A stretch of DNA of 64,000 bases from Heterodontus francisci (GCF_036365525.1 NC_090380.1:96247942-96311941), one strand, 5' to 3'. Shown: positions 13,031 through 26,869, counted from the stretch's first letter. Notes: generated by a model from the sequence alone, not told the origin. A program made the numbers and translations.

Positions 13031-16000
13031 AAATATATTAAGATTCAAGAACTTGAAACTGCTGAACTTGATGAGGTGCTGGTGGATGGACATGTGGGCT
13101 CCCTCTTTCCTTTTTGATATTTTATTAGGACTGCTGCAAGCTTTCTGAGATCTCCGTGTAATGGAGTTGTGCAGCCATGAGCCCAACTTACCCAAAATTA
13201 GACCACAGGAGAAAGAGAGGGAAAGTAACTCTAAATTATGTATAAATAAAATTTTAAACTCCTTGGGGGCTAATAAAGTCAGAATAGCATTATGGCTCCT
13301 ATCTATCTTGTGTTCTCAAAGACAGTTGTTATCCATCATGACAGACCAATAGCCTTCGAGTCATGTGCTCATTCATTTCTGTGAGAGACGTGGAAAATGA
13401 GATAAACATCATACAATCAGAACAGTGTAATAAATTGCATTTGGAATTTAACAAAATAGCAATGATATTGATCTTTAAAAGCAAGAAAATGCAGTCCTAA
13501 TCTCAGTCAAATCCAGGAAACAGATTAATGTAGTTTACTTTTTATAATATTGATCCAGGGAAACTTAATATCTTTTTTCCCTTATTACAAAGAAATCGCT
13601 ATCTAGGAGAGTGCAAAATCAATACAAAGTTTACCAGACATCATAAACAATTTCCAGGATCTAAACAGCACAGCAAGCATATGGAACGAGTAGCCAGGAA
13701 AGAAAGTCATCCGTAGGGAATTTTTCCAAAGAAATTTTATTTTCATGATTGTTTTTTAATACCCTAGGTTCAGAATTATGATGCGTAAACATTTGGGATG
13801 AGATGCAACTTTTTTTTCTGAAAGGCTTTGGTCAGAGATGTTGGATCTGAAGGTAATTCTTTCCAAAATCTATAATCTGTTGTAGTGATGTTAGTAGAAG
13901 CTGATGTCGGCTGTGGATCGCAGCAATCATTCAGTTATTGCCTCCCGCTACTATACTCGAGCAGGATTTTATATTTATAACACGGATAGATAAATAATGT
14001 TGAGAGAAAAAAAAAACAAAGGAAATGATATAGCTCATAGGCTGCAGGATGATTAAATAGACAATCATGAGGTAACATCCTTGATTTCCTCCCTATACTT
14101 TGCTTCAATAGACATCTACTTAGCCTACTGCTTTGTACAGTATGTCTGACTGTTATGCATTATTCTTCACATAAACCTAGCAGTATTTAGCTTGGCTATT
14201 AGTGCATTCTGTGCGGATAATTACAGAGCTGCATTAAATTGGAATTGAGACATATCAATAGAACAATGCGTCCATTCTCTTTTTTTCTTTCCCCAGTTTA
14301 AATGGGCAGTCGCTTTCAGCCATTGTAAGAGCAAAGTGTCTTCAGCTAATGTGGTGTTAATTAATACCTTGAAGGACATGAACAAATATCTGATTTAAAC
14401 AAAACAGGATTGGAAGTTACATGGATGAATATACACAGAGATGAACAAATTCTTTATATTTCGCAATGGTTGCTGTGCTGTTATGGTCATGAAACTGTCA
14501 TCAGTGGAAAGTGGCAAAACAGAAGTCAGTCAGTTATGGTTTCAAGTCTAAGACTCTACAGGATGTGCCTTGGGTCTGAAATGTCAACTGACTGACTTCT
14601 GTTTCTCCACAGATGCTGCCTTATCAGCTGACTATTTTCAGCTATTTTCTGTTTTTACTTTAAGATTGTCAGCATCTGAATTATTTTGTTTTTTTTCAGT
14701 TTAGAATAACTGGTACTCAGTAGAGGTGATAGTGCTCGTGATATTTTGGAGTCAGTGAAACACCTCTTTGGGAGGCTGGAGTGTGGAATAAGGGAATAAT
14801 ATTGCACAACTCTCTTTCAAAAGAGTAACTGGGTGAAAAAAGGAAGATATCATTTATATAGCACTTTATAACATTTCTCAGACACGTCTCAAAGTGGTTC
14901 ACACTGAAATGCAGGGCAAGTTGTTTGATGTCACAGTGGGATGTCTATGTTAGAGAAGATTGTACGCGGTGAGTGAAAGGGAGGAGTTTGATGGACTGAC
15001 TGACATTTTGTTCCCATGCTGTCTTATGTTCCTCTGTAAGAGAAATTTAATGAGAATAAATCAGGCATTACTAGGTGTTATTTTCAGTTCCATACCAAAG
15101 ATGGAAAAAAACTGTTTTGTCACTGGAGTAAATATATTTTTATTAATTTGCAGTAAAGCCCTATTATAAGTGCACCCTATTCTCAATTAATTCTTACAAG
15201 CAGGATGTTGTAATGTAGGTTAATGAGACAGGTTAGAAGTTTAATAAATGTTTTTATGATTGGAATATTCTCATTAGCAGGGTCCTCCTAAAATACATAT
15301 GAGAAACCATCTGCTGTAGGTTCGATTTGATGTGGGTTTTCAAACATCACAACATTTCTAAAATTCTTGTGTGAACCAAAGCATCAATTTTGGCAGACTA
15401 TTTAACAGTGTTGGTCATTATCACCGATGCTGATGCTTTTCTCACCCACTAGCATTATGGATACTTTGTAGCAGAAGTCACTGGAGAGCCTTCAGAAACT
15501 GGGACCGCGAGTTGATTTTTTATTCCTTCCTTAATGCAGAGGAACTGGCCAATTTTAGAATTCTTGCTGCCATTCTGGTTGTGGCCAGCACAAACTAGGG
15601 ACCATAATTGGACCTTTCTGGTCAGTTCCACACGAGGCAATTAATTTACCTATCGTACTGGGGAGTTTCAAGCATTTTGAATATACCTGTGTAAAGGCTG
15701 GATTTCAATCTGTTGTGTACTGAGGTGAGCATAATGCAGTCAGATCTCAGGGCAATCACGCTGACCTCTGCTCTGGAATTTAGCTCTTTTGTCCATGTTT
15801 AGACAATGGCTATAATGAGGCCTGGAGCCAAGTGGTCCTGGCCAGACCTAAACTGAGCATCAGTGGGAAGGTTATTGTTGAGTAAGCGCTGCCAGATAGT
15901 GCTATGGACAGATGGGAAGTGGCGTGGTGACTTATACTCTTCACCTCTCAACTGACCATAGATAGTGTTTTAAAAATAGTGTTTTAGTCCCTGAGTGTTT

Positions 16001-16206
16001 TAAGGGTCACATAAATAGACAAATGACAAGGTTAAAAAGGAAAGATAAATGTTTTTTACACAATAACCCAAAAAAACTTGCAACTTCACTCACTCATGCC
16101 GAGGGATAGGCACTGCCATGTTGCACCATGGACATTTGATAATATTATTGACTCAGCTATGGACATGGGGACAATTAATCTGTATATAAAGTATATGGTC
16201 CAGTGC

Positions 16207-18491
16207 AAAAAACAAAGAACAGTACAGCACAGGAACAGGCCATTTGGCCCTCCAAGCCTGCGCCGATCTTGAAGCCTGCCTAAACTAAAACCTTCTGCAC
16301 TTTCGGGGACCGTATCCCTTTATTCCCATCCTATTCATATACTTATCAAGATGCCTCTTAAACGTCGTTATCGTACCTGCTTCCATCACCTCCCCCGGTA
16401 GCAAGTTCCAGGCGCTCACCACCCTCTGTGTAAAGAACTTGCCTCGCACATCCCCTCTAAACTTTGCCCCTCTCACCTTAAACCTATGTCCCCTAGTAAC
16501 TGATTCTTCCACCCTGGGAAAAAGCTTCTGACTATCCACTCTGTCCATGCCGCTCATAACTTTGTAAACCTCTATCATGTCACCCCTCCAGCTCTGTCGT
16601 TCCAGTGAAAACAATCCGAGTTTATCCAACCTCTCCTCATAGCTAATGCCCTCCAGACCAGGCAACATCCTGGTAAACCTCTTCTGTACCCTCTCCAAAG
16701 CCTCCACGTCCTTCTGGTAGTGTGGCGACCAGAATTGCACGCAATATTCTAAGTGTGGCCTAACTAAAGTTCTGTACAGCTGCAGCATGACTTGCCAATT
16801 TTTATACTCTATGCCCCGACCGATGAAGGCAAGCATGCCGTATGCCTTCTTGACTACCTTATCCACCTGCGTTGCCTCTTTCAGTGACCTGTGGACCTGT
16901 ACACCCAGATCTCTCTGCCTGTCAATACTCCTAAGGGTTCTGCCATTTACTGTATACTTCCCACCTGCATTAGACCTCCCAAAATGCATCACCTCACATT
17001 TGTCTGGATTAAACTCCATCTGCCATTTCTCCGCCCAAGTCTCCAACCGATCTATATCCTGCTGTATCCTCTGACAATCCTCATCATTATCTGCAACTCC
17101 ACCAACCTTTGTGTCGTCCGCAAACTTACTAATCAGACCAGCTACATTTTCCTCCAAATCAATTATATATACTACAAACAGCAAAGGTCCCAGCACTGAT
17201 CCCTGCGGAACACCACTAGTTACATCCCTCCATTCAGAAAAGCACCATTCCACTGCTACCCTCTGTCTTCTATGACTGAGCCAGTTCTGTATCCATCTTG
17301 CCAGCTCACCTCTGATCCCGTGTGACTTCACCTTTCGTACCAGTCTGCCATGAGGGAGCTTGTCAAAGGCTTTACTGAAGTCCATATAGATAACATCCAC
17401 TGCCCTTCCTTCATCAATCATCTTTGTCACTTCCTCAAAAAATTCAATCAAATTAGTGAGACACGACCTCCCCTTCACAAAACCATGCTGTCTCTCGCTA
17501 ATAAGTTCGTTTGTTTCCAAATGGGAGTAAATCCTGTCCTGAAGAATCCTCTCTAATAATTTCCCTACCACTGACGTAAGGCTCACCGGCCTATAATTTC
17601 CTAGATTATCCTTGCTACCTTTCTTAAACAAAGGAACAACATTGGTTATTCTCCAGTCCTCTGGGACCTCACCTGTAGCCAATGAGGATGCAAAGATTTC
17701 TGTCAAGGCCCCAGCAATTTCTTCCCTTGCCTCCCTCAGTATTCTGGGGTAGATCCCATCAGGCCCTGGGGACTTATCTACCTTAATGCTTTGCAAGACA
17801 CCTAACACCTCCTCCTTTTTGATAATGAGATGACTGAGACTATCTACACTCCCTTCCCTAGGCTCATCATCCACCAAGTCCTTCTCTTTGATGAATACTG
17901 ATGCAAAGTACTCATTTAGTACCTCGCCCATTTCCTCTGGCTCCACACATAGATTCCCTTCTCTGTCCTTGAGTGGGCCAACCCTTTCCCTAGTTACCCT
18001 CTTGCTCTTTATATATGTATAAAAAGCCTTGGGATTATCCTTAATCCTGTTTGCCAATGACTTTTCATGACCCCTTTTAGCCCTCCTGACTCCTTGCTTA
18101 AGTTCCTTCCTACTGTCTTTATATTCCTCAAGGGATTCGTCTGTTCCCAGCTATCCAGCCCTTACGAATGCTTCCTTTTTCTTTTTGACGAGGCTCACGA
18201 TATCCCGCGTTATCCAAGGTTCCTGAAACTTGCCAAACTTATCCTTCTTCCTCACAGGAACGTGCTGGTCCTGGATTCTAATCAACTGACGTTTGAAAGA
18301 CTCCCACATGTCAGATGTTGATTTACCCTCAAACAGCCGCCCCCAATCTAAATTCTTCAGTTCCTGCCTAATATTATTATAATTAGCCTTCCCCCAATTT
18401 AGTACCTTCACCCGAGGACTACTCTTATCCTTATCCACAAGTACCTTAAAACTTATGGAATTATGGTCACTGTTCCCGAAATGCTCCCCTA
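16207..18491 (-). mobile_element. CR1 (HER1-type) LINE, 5'-truncated; ORF2 segments 18151-18504 and 16285-18057
   Basis: SDHN endonuclease end; RT motifs [29 protein letters not shown]; CR1 3' tail. Confidence 0.95.
16285..18057 (-). CDS. CR1 ORF2 reverse transcriptase, uninterrupted 590-aa C-terminal part
   Basis: ORF track; complete RT domain motifs. Confidence 0.85.
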   Translation of the reverse strand: MANRIKDNPKAFYTYIKSKRVTRERVGPLKDREGNLCVEPEEMGEVLNEYFASVFIKEKDLVDDEPREGSVDSLSHLIIKKEEVLGVLQSIKVDKSPGPDGIYPRILREAREEIAGALTEIFASSLATGEVPEDWRITNVVPLFKKGSKDNLGNYRPVSLTSVVGKLLERILQDRIYSHLETNELISERQHGFVKGRSCLTNLIEFFEEVTKMIDEGRAVDVIYMDFSKAFDKLPHGRLVRKVKSHGIRGELARWIQNWLSHRRQRVAVEWCFSEWRDVTSGVPQGSVLGPLLFVVYIIDLEENVAGLISKFADDTKVGGVADNDEDCQRIQQDIDRLETWAEKWQMEFNPDKCEVMHFGRSNAGGKYTVNGRTLRSIDRQRDLGVQVHRSLKEATQVDKVVKKAYGMLAFIGRGIEYKNWQVMLQLYRTLVRPHLEYCVQFWSPHYQKDVEALERVQKRFTRMLPGLEGISYEERLDKLGLFSLERQSWRGDMIEVYKVMSGMDRVDSQKLFPRVEESVTRGHRFKVRGAKFRGDVRGKFFTQRVVSAWNLLPGEVMEAGTITTFKRHLDKYMNRMGIKGYGPRKCRRF

Positions 18492-19384
18492 CAATAGTGA
18501 TCATGAATGATACTCAGACTGCTCATAGTTTCCAGATCTGGATTGGAATGAAGCTGCAATAAACTTGTTTGAGAATCTACCCGCATCGGAATCGGCTGAG
18601 AAGCAGCAAGGTCGTTACTATGTGGAAGTGGACGACCGAACTCAGCTCAGTCAGTGGTTCATTTACACGTGTGATGATGCCGACTCTATGAATTAGGAGG
18701 TCCCTAGTGGTCTATGGTGAAAAAAAAATTCATAACTTAGTGGCTGTGCTTAATAATTCAAAAAATGGCAAGTTAAACACATGACATAAAATATAATTTT
18801 TTAAAAAACAAGCGTATTCCCATGGATTTAAAAAAAAATGTATATCATATTGACAAAGCATTCGAATGAAATGTGTCAACATATATTTAAATCAGGTGCA
18901 TAAAATAAGGTTTAAAATTACTGTTATATGCATTTGGTATTTTCTCAGATTAAATTTATGATTGAATCAACTGTAAGTAGTGAAAATCATCAGTGAAAAT
19001 TTCATATCTATAGAATGGAGTTTTCTGGATGTTGATGTCCACACTAAACTACTATGGAAAAAATGGATACTGTACAACAGCTCGGATTTCATTATCTTTT
19101 ACTGTTATACTGTTGTGTATGTAATGTAATAATGTCAAATCAAAAATAATGGATGGGTGGCAGTGATTGAGAAGAAAATAATTGACTCTTGATATCTATA
19201 TAATAAACCGGTTGAGCTTCACTCCCACGCTTTATTATGTGATCCAAACCTCTTATTTAAATTATTTCATTGTATTTTTTCCTACTTATAATATGTCTTT
19301 TTGTAGAGGATGAATAAACTACATGGAGGTTGTAAGCTGTGAAGGGCAGATCTTTAATTATCTGCCCTCCCATTAATAACTGGT

Positions 19385-19630
19385 TCTATCCCATGACTTC
19401 GGCTGCCTGGGCCTCAAGTTCTGGAATTCCCTCCCTAAACCTCGCTGCCTCTCCGCCTCTCTCTCCCTCTCTCTGCTCCTTTAACAAGCTCCTTAAAACC
19501 TGCCTCTTTGACAAAGCTTTTGGTCACCTGTCCTAATATCTCCTTATGTGACTCAGTCTCAAATTTTGTTTTGATAATGTTCCTCTGAAGTACCTTGGGA
19601 TGTTTTACTAAGGACAAGTTGTTGCTATGA
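19385..19630 (+). mobile_element. L2-type LINE/SINE 3' tail fragment
   Basis: ctggaattccctccctaaacc..cttaaaacctgcctctttgac..gcttttggtcacc; similar to the 25900-26100 and 54870-55050 copies on the other strand. Confidence 0.55.
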
Positions 19631-20548
19631 AGTAAAGTCCGTAGCTTGCTAATTTAATGGATAGACAGGACATGCCAATCCCAAAACATTCTCAAAGCAA
19701 CATAACCTGCATTTTGGATATTACACCAAGCCTGAAGTGAAAGAGATTTGTTAACCTGACATTCTACTCTGTTTAAAAAGCTCTGTGGGGCTATGCTAAA
19801 GGGACAACACCACCTCACTGGTAGGTTTACAATTGGGTTTCATTCCTGGAACCAGAGACAAAACTGCACTCAAAGCTGTGGCAGTGTTCATTACATCGTT
19901 CGGTGGACAAATCTGGCCATGGTACTTGATGGATTGCAAACAGTAACAAAGCATTTCCAGAAGTATACACTTACCAGGAGGAAACACTAAGTGGTGATTG
20001 GGAGCAGGGACCCTGACTAACCTATTACCACCAGTCCACTTATTATCAGCCCAGGTATCTGAGACCAGTATTGTGGCTGAACCACTGCCTTGGCTGATGC
20101 CAGCTACTTTAGGACAGATCTGAATTCAGACCTTCTGTTTGGCTCAGTATCATCACTGGACAGTGCATTGATCATTCAAGCAGCCCCTATTTTCATCTGT
20201 AATGCAGATTATAAATCAATTCATTGCTGCTGAGCAATCCAGCAAGGCCCTTCACTATACAAGAGAGCTGTGCTGTGTTTAATTCAGTTGTCAAGGGGCT
20301 TGGACTGATTCAAGAATTTACCGAACTGGTCCTTCAAGGCAGGGAACTACCATTCAATATTATATGAATATGTCCTGTGGATGTAAGAGTCAGCTCTTTT
20401 CTTGTTTTTACTTCGCTAAAAACAAAGTTTTTCAAAATGTTTTCCTTAAAGATTACCAATATATACAATGCAAATATTAAATGCTGAACCCTCCATCTTT
20501 TCTGCAGCACAAGTGTGGTCTACTATTTCCTTCTGACCCTATATAGGT

Positions 20549-22491
20549 TTTTACGACTGAGGCAGGAGCAATGCACTGTCAATTCAGTCCCATCGCTCCA
20601 CAGGTCGCGCATATTATTAAAGTTTTCCCACCCAACTGGAAAACAGCCAAATTAAACACTCTAGTAACCCCCAGAATAAAACAGACCAAACCAGCTATTT
20701 TTAGACAACAACAAATTAAATATTTATTACAAACTAAATCTTAAACACTATTAAGATGTCTAAAGACCTTATTACTTCTTATTTTAACCTAACTCCCCCA
20801 TTCACACACATACACTCAAAAATCAATGGTTAACCGTTTTTTTTTTAAAAAAAAGAATAATGTTTTAAAAATCAGCTGTTTCTTGAGAATAAATAAATAA
20901 CAAGGTTATCAGTCTTTGTGGGTTACGTTCCTGATGGGTGAGGTATCCTAGTGAAAAAATAATCAAATGCCACTCGCAGTCTCCACACGGATTTTGATGA
21001 AACAGTCTCTTAGTAGATAGGCATTCAAACATTTCGGCTGCAGGAGGCATCACACAACTCCCTCAACAATGAGTACAGCAACAGGTCTATTTGAACCTTT
21101 AAAAATCGGCAGTCTCTCAGTAAAAACTTTACTCCAGAAATACAAATGGTCTCTTCAAAGGGTTTTTTCCTCCTTAGACAATTAATTCACCTGTAGCTGA
21201 TTGTAGAATTTCTGCTGAGAGAAATAGACAGCTCTTTCCTTCACTAGTGTCTCTCAAAACTGTTTTTTGCTGGATTTTTACACACAGTTAAATTGATACA
21301 TTATACTATGTGACCTCCTCACTCTCCTGTTGTTGCCTGGAATGGAGACGTGTGACCAGTGGTGTTCCACAGGGATCCGTGCTGGGACCACTGTTGTTTG
21401 TGATATACATTAATGATTTGGAGGAAAGTATAGGTGGATTGATTAGCAAATTTGCAGACGACACTAAGATTGGTGGAGTAGCAGATAGTGAAGGGGACTG
21501 TCAGAGAATACAGCAGAATATAGATAGATTGGAGAGTTGGGCAGAGAAATGGCAGATGCAGTTCAATCAGGGCAAATGCGAGGTGATGCATTTTGGAAGA
21601 TCCAATTCAAGAGCGAACTATACAGTAAATGGAAAAGTCCTGGGGAAAATTGATGTCCAGAGAGATTTGGGTGTTCAGGTCCACTGTTCCCTGAAGGTGG
21701 CAACGCAGGTAAATAGAGTGGTCAAGAAGGCATACGGCATGCTTTCCTTCATCGGACGGGGCATTGAGTACAAGAGTTGGCAGGTCATGTTACAGTTGTA
21801 TAGGACTTTGGTTCGGCCACATTTGGAATACTGCGTACAGTTCTGGTCGCCACATTATCAAAAGGATGTGGATGCTTTGGAAAGGGTGCAGAGGAGGTTC
21901 ACCAGGATGTTGCCTGGTATGGAGGGCGCTAGCTATGAAGAGAGGTTGAGTAGATTAGGATTATTTTCATTAGAAAGACGGAGGTTGAGGGGGGACCTGA
22001 TTGAGGTGTACAAAATCATGAGAGGTATAGACAGGGTGGATAGCAAGAAGCTTTTTCCCAGAGTGGGGGTTTCAATTACTAGAAGACACGAGTTCAAAGT
22101 GAAAGGGGAAAAGTTTAGGGGGGATATGCGTGGAAAGTTCTTTACGCAGAGGGTGGTGGGCACCTGGAACGCATTGCCAGCGGAGGTGGTAGATGCGGGC
22201 ACGATGGAGTCTTTTAAGATGTATCTAGACAGATACATGAATGGGCAGGAAGAAAAGAGATACAGAAGCTTAGAAAATAGGCGACATGTTTAGAGAGAGG
22301 ATCTGGATCGGCGCAGGCTTGGAGGGCCGAAGGGCCTGTTCCTGTGCTGTAATTATCTTTGTTCTTTGTTCTATAACAAGTGCGGCTGGCACTCTGTGCC
22401 TCTTAGTTTTTAAAGACACACTGTTTTTAAACAGAGTTGTAAAGGCACACTGTTTTAATCCAAGGCGAAAAATAAATACAGTTCCATGGCA
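20549..22491 (-). mobile_element. Solo LTR interrupted by a CR1 insertion
   Basis: Start homologous to 7508 and 50251 (..gcactgtc..ccacaggtc..cccagaataaaa..aaacca); LTR sequence resumes after 22372. Confidence 0.55.
21335..22372 (+). mobile_element. CR1 LINE 3' portion (RT ORF 21310-22293)
   Basis: [17 protein letters not shown] and RPHLEYCVQFWSP motifs; tail gggccgaagggcctgttcctgtgctgta..gttct repeats. Confidence 0.92.
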
Positions 22492-22564
22492 GGTAATAAA
22501 AACAGAAAATGCTAGAAATACTCAGCAGGTCTGGCAGCACCTGTGGAGAGAGAAACAGAGTTAA

Positions 22565-23155
22565 TAGGCGAGGTCTTACAGGCCCCTGAGTGATGGGCTT
22601 GGAGGCGGTGGAGCTGGTAAAATGCCAGGGAGCCATCTCAGGAGGGCTCACCACCGGGCCATTTTACCAGCAGCGACTCAGCTGCCTGCTGATTGGAGGC
22701 AGGTGCCAATTTAGACAATTAAAGGTCCAATTGAGGGCCATTTTCTGGAGCCACTGGCATTTTGCCACCACATACGGAGGCTCCATGCCCAAGGAGGGAG
22801 CCCCTAGCCACAAAGGTTGCCACCCTCCAGTCCCGATGCCACTGCTGGAGAGCTTACCTCTATGATCACCGGGGCCTGCCAAACTGACCTCTGCAGAGAA
22901 AATAAATTTCAAACTCCCCTGTGAGGGTGCCTCCATTTGGGGCATCCTCTTGTTCTCCTTGCAGCCTCAGCAGTAGCTACCTGTCTCGGTGCCACTGACG
23001 AGGCTGCAGATCTGCCGGCCCTCTGATTGGGCTGGCATCATGGAGAGCTAGCCCGGCGGGAGCCAATTAAAAGGCTGCCGGCAGAAAGATTGCTGCTGTG
23101 GTCCCATTGCCTGCCCGCCTGGGCTTGGGCCCGCATATAGTCCCAAAGTCGGGAC
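22565..23155. mobile_element. GC-rich MITE (Harbinger-associated family)
   Basis: Shares ccaattgagggcc, ctctgattgg and ggtggcgctgct blocks with 31900-34487, 40300-40703 and 60290-60972. Confidence 0.5.
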
Positions 23156-23582
23156 TTATCGCCACCATCACATCCATGACCTTTCATCAGAACATATATA
23201 CCTTTGTAATGTGATTTATAAATATACATGCCAGTGATGTGTGAGTGGACTCTATAAAACATATGCTTAATCTTACTAATTACTTAGTTGGCAAGTGTAC
23301 TTCTCAGTGTAGTACTGTGCCTTCCAGAAGAAGATGGTCCATATTGAGTTAGCTTCTATTGGCTAAACAGACAGTAGAGACACTCTCGTTAGACTCATCA
23401 CTCCTGGGCAAGGAGAAACATCATCCAGCTTCCAATCATTATCCCGATACCCTTGCTGAAATGAAGACACTATACCATTCATGATTTTGTAACAGATATA
23501 GTGGTGTCCTGGTTATGGTACTGAACTAACAAACAGAGGTTATGAGGTAAAATCCCACCCTGGCATATTGTGTAATTGAAAT

Positions 23583-24670
23583 TGTTATGATCAGGTGAGA
23601 AGGGGTCGCAAGGCTCCCCTCTTGTCCATCTCCTTCTTTGACCGCAACAGGGTTTATTTCTTTTTCAACAGTGGATGTGTTCACCACTTCAGTGAGTGCT
23701 TTACCTTTTATCTTTGTTATGATCATAAAATAACCAATTAGACAAGTTTTCTTGAGTTTAAACAAGAAACAGGTGACTTTATTGTACTTCACCAAAAATC
23801 TGATGGAAAAAAATAATAAACTACGCTACACATTCACTCACATACACACACATGAGATTCGCACGCACACACAAATAGATTACAGAGTGATGTGGAATAG
23901 TTTGGGTTGGATTAGAGTCCAGAACAAATAAAAATAATATACAGTCTGGGCTGTCTGTTAATTAAATTGTCTTCCAGCTGAATCTGGAGTTCTCCCATTC
24001 TTGGTTGGTAGATGTTCTTGGAGACAGTTGAACAGATGGTCTTCTTCCCAGGAGTCTCTGTCTTGGATCTTTTCCAGTCAGCAGACAAGCTTCAAATGCC
24101 CCAAGATCACCTGGGGAGAGAGAGAGAGGGGGAGAAGGAGACAGAGAGAGAGAGAGACACATACACCACCCCCCCCCCCCCCCCCACCCGATGGGTTCTG
24201 CTTCAAAGTCTCAGGAGGTTGTGTCTCTGTAACAAAAGGCTGCTAGCTTTTCACAGATGGGGAGGCAGTCACATGGTTGTTCAGTGTCCTCGTTTGTAAT
24301 TTAATTGGATTCAAGTCTAGATATTCTCAATCTCTCTCAGGTCTCATTGTTTTAATGTGTATCCCCTAGGGGTACATCTTCAATAGTGAATGATTCAAAA
24401 TTGCTTTGAATGTCCTGCTAATGAGAATGATACTGGATAATCTACTCAGTGATCCAATTAATTGTCCTTGATGCGGTCCTCATTAGACATGCTTTACCAA
24501 TTCGATGTCCTGGAATGTGAGGTATTTCAGTGCAAATTGTGATGGCCATCTTGGCTGCCAGCTTTTTAAAAGTTAAATGCAGGATCCCAGCTTTCCTTTT
24601 TAAAGGTTTAACGTACGTTCCCAACTGATGAATTAAACATCTTCATTTGGCATAGTACATTTTCTTGACA
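23583..24670 (-). mobile_element. Solo LTR inserted in a tRNA-SINE
   Basis: tgttatgatcaggtgag..ttcttgaca with exact 4-bp TSD AAAT. Confidence 0.8.
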
Positions 24671-26584
24671 AAATCAATAAATCTGGTAATTTGTGGGCTA
24701 GTACCAGGAAAAACATCAGAGAGTTGTTAAAAGCACAACTGGTTCACTGACATCCTTCATGCCTACTGCCTTGTCTGCACTATTGGATTGACTCATTGGG
24801 ATAAATTTTGTAATCAATGGAAATAGAAATTGGGAGAGATGTCAAATGAGTGGCTGATAAGCTACCACCTGTTTTACACTATCAACATCTACCCCTATGC
24901 TTTTGAAGTGACCTAGCAATTAATTCATTTGCTACTTTTCTGCATAGAGTCAATAATTGTGGCCTCGGCACAGTTGCCCTCTTTCAGAAAATAAAAAACA
25001 CCCATGGTGTTACAGAATGCTATGCATTGTCTCAAGCTTAGATGGTGAATTATCTTTAGACAATGTCCTGTTCCCCATCAATCCCACACCCTATAGATTG
25101 CTTATATTCTCAATTTTCTGGATCTGCCATACTTGCTTGACATGTCATGTAAACTGAAAACCTCTGTGGCTTTCGGCTCCAGTGGTTTCACAACAGTGAC
25201 TGGGTGACAGAGCATCGACACTTGACAGCAATCAATACTGATTGGATCCTGTCAATGTTGGGGTTTATTTTGCCATCAATTACTGCCCTGCCAGCAGCAG
25301 TCTGCTTTCTGCTGATCAGCTGATTTTTCAGCCTCTCTCCCCCACCCCCACAACACCACCACTGCCACCAATAACTGGATTTTTCCTGGATCAATAGGAG
25401 CGGTCAGCAAGCAAAGCTAGACAATCTGTACACAGTCACTGACCACAAACAAACAAGCAGCACAGACCAACTGAGCAGTGCCTTTGAAACTAAATCCTTT
25501 GACCACAGTGGGCAGTTGGATGAACTGATTCAGCCTACTTTTGCCTACAGAGAGCTGGATGTGTTTTTTTTCTGAAAACTTGTTCTCCACATAAAATATG
25601 CATTCTTTTTTAATAACGAGCAAAGAACTTACAGAATTATGCAGATAATTTATTCCCTCTGACTTGTTCAATATGCTTGTAAAAAATTAATTAAATCATG
25701 TCATTGCAGAGACAGAAATTGATGGCTTTTTAATCATCTCATGATGACTGAATATGCAAGCATTTTCTCTGCTGCTAAAAACTGAGAGGGGGTCATTGAT
25801 TTCTGCATTTATTACTGAGCATACATTTCCAGTCTTTGCTACTTTTTTAATTCCAGGCAATCAAATGCTGACGGGCTAAGTTTAGAACTTGTTTACAACC
25901 ACAATAACTTGCATTGATATAGCAACTGTAACATAGAACAATGTCCAAAGACTCTTTACAGAGATGTGATTACACAAAAATGGAGTTAAAGAAGGAGCTA
26001 TTAGGAGGGGTGTTTGGCCAAAGAGAGGGGTTTTCAAAAGGGTCTCAAAGCCCTAGCTGGAGATGAAGAGTTTTAGGAGAGAATTCCAGAGCACAGGGCC
26101 TTGAGTATTGAGGACATAGTTGCCAATGGTATAGCATAGGGAGGGGAGATAGCACAAGAGGCTAGAGTCAGAAGAATGGTGAGTTCCTGGAGGGGGTGGT
26201 TGTAGAGATGGAGGAGGTTACAGAGATAGGGAGGGCCTAGACCATGAAAGGTTTAAATAGAAGAATTATAATATGTTTGAAATGTTGGGAGTCTGTGGGC
26301 CAATGTAGGTTAGCGAGGACAGGAGTAACAGGTTATAGGGACTCAGTGTGGGAGAGGACACAGGCAGCATAGTTTAAGATGAGCTGAAGTTTATGGAGGA
26401 TAAGAGCTCAAATAGGAGAGGATTGTATTGGTTGATTATGGAGGTAACAAAGCCATGGATGAGAGTTTCAGCAGCAGATGGGCTAGAACATGGGTGGAGA
26501 CAAATGAGTTATGCATGTGGACGTTTTTATGATGGACTGCATATGAGACCAGAAGCTCAACTCAGACTGAAATAAGACACCAAG

Positions 26585-26869
26585 TGTAATGTATATTAAT
26601 GGTGACTTCACCTTTAAGAAACCATACCTTTAAGAGATGTGGCCACTGATGCAATTAATTACATCATCAGACATATATAAGGAGGTGACACCATGTTGAG
26701 AGACACACTCAACGCATGGCTTGCAGAGGACATACATACCAGCGAGGAAAGGATCCGGACCCATTGCAATATAGATAAGTAAGACAATAAATAGTGTTTG
26801 TATTCAATACGAATATAAAACCTGTCGTCATTATTTAATGAAGATCTATGAACACAGCATAAGACTAAA
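26585..26869 (+). mobile_element. Short solo LTR (~285 bp)
   Basis: TGTAATG start, twin CCTTTAAG motifs, TATATAA and AATAAA, exact 5-bp TSD CCAAG; 3' CA terminus mutated. Confidence 0.7.

Noticed and set aside
15453-15514. Possible terminal exon after a pyrimidine tract (HYGYFVAEVTGEPSETGTAS*)
   Set aside because: Too short and not recognised.
18525-18696. Open stretch after a CAG (DLDWNEAAINLFENL..) as a possible host exon
   Set aside because: No recognisable homology and no partner exons; needs BLASTX or RNA-seq.
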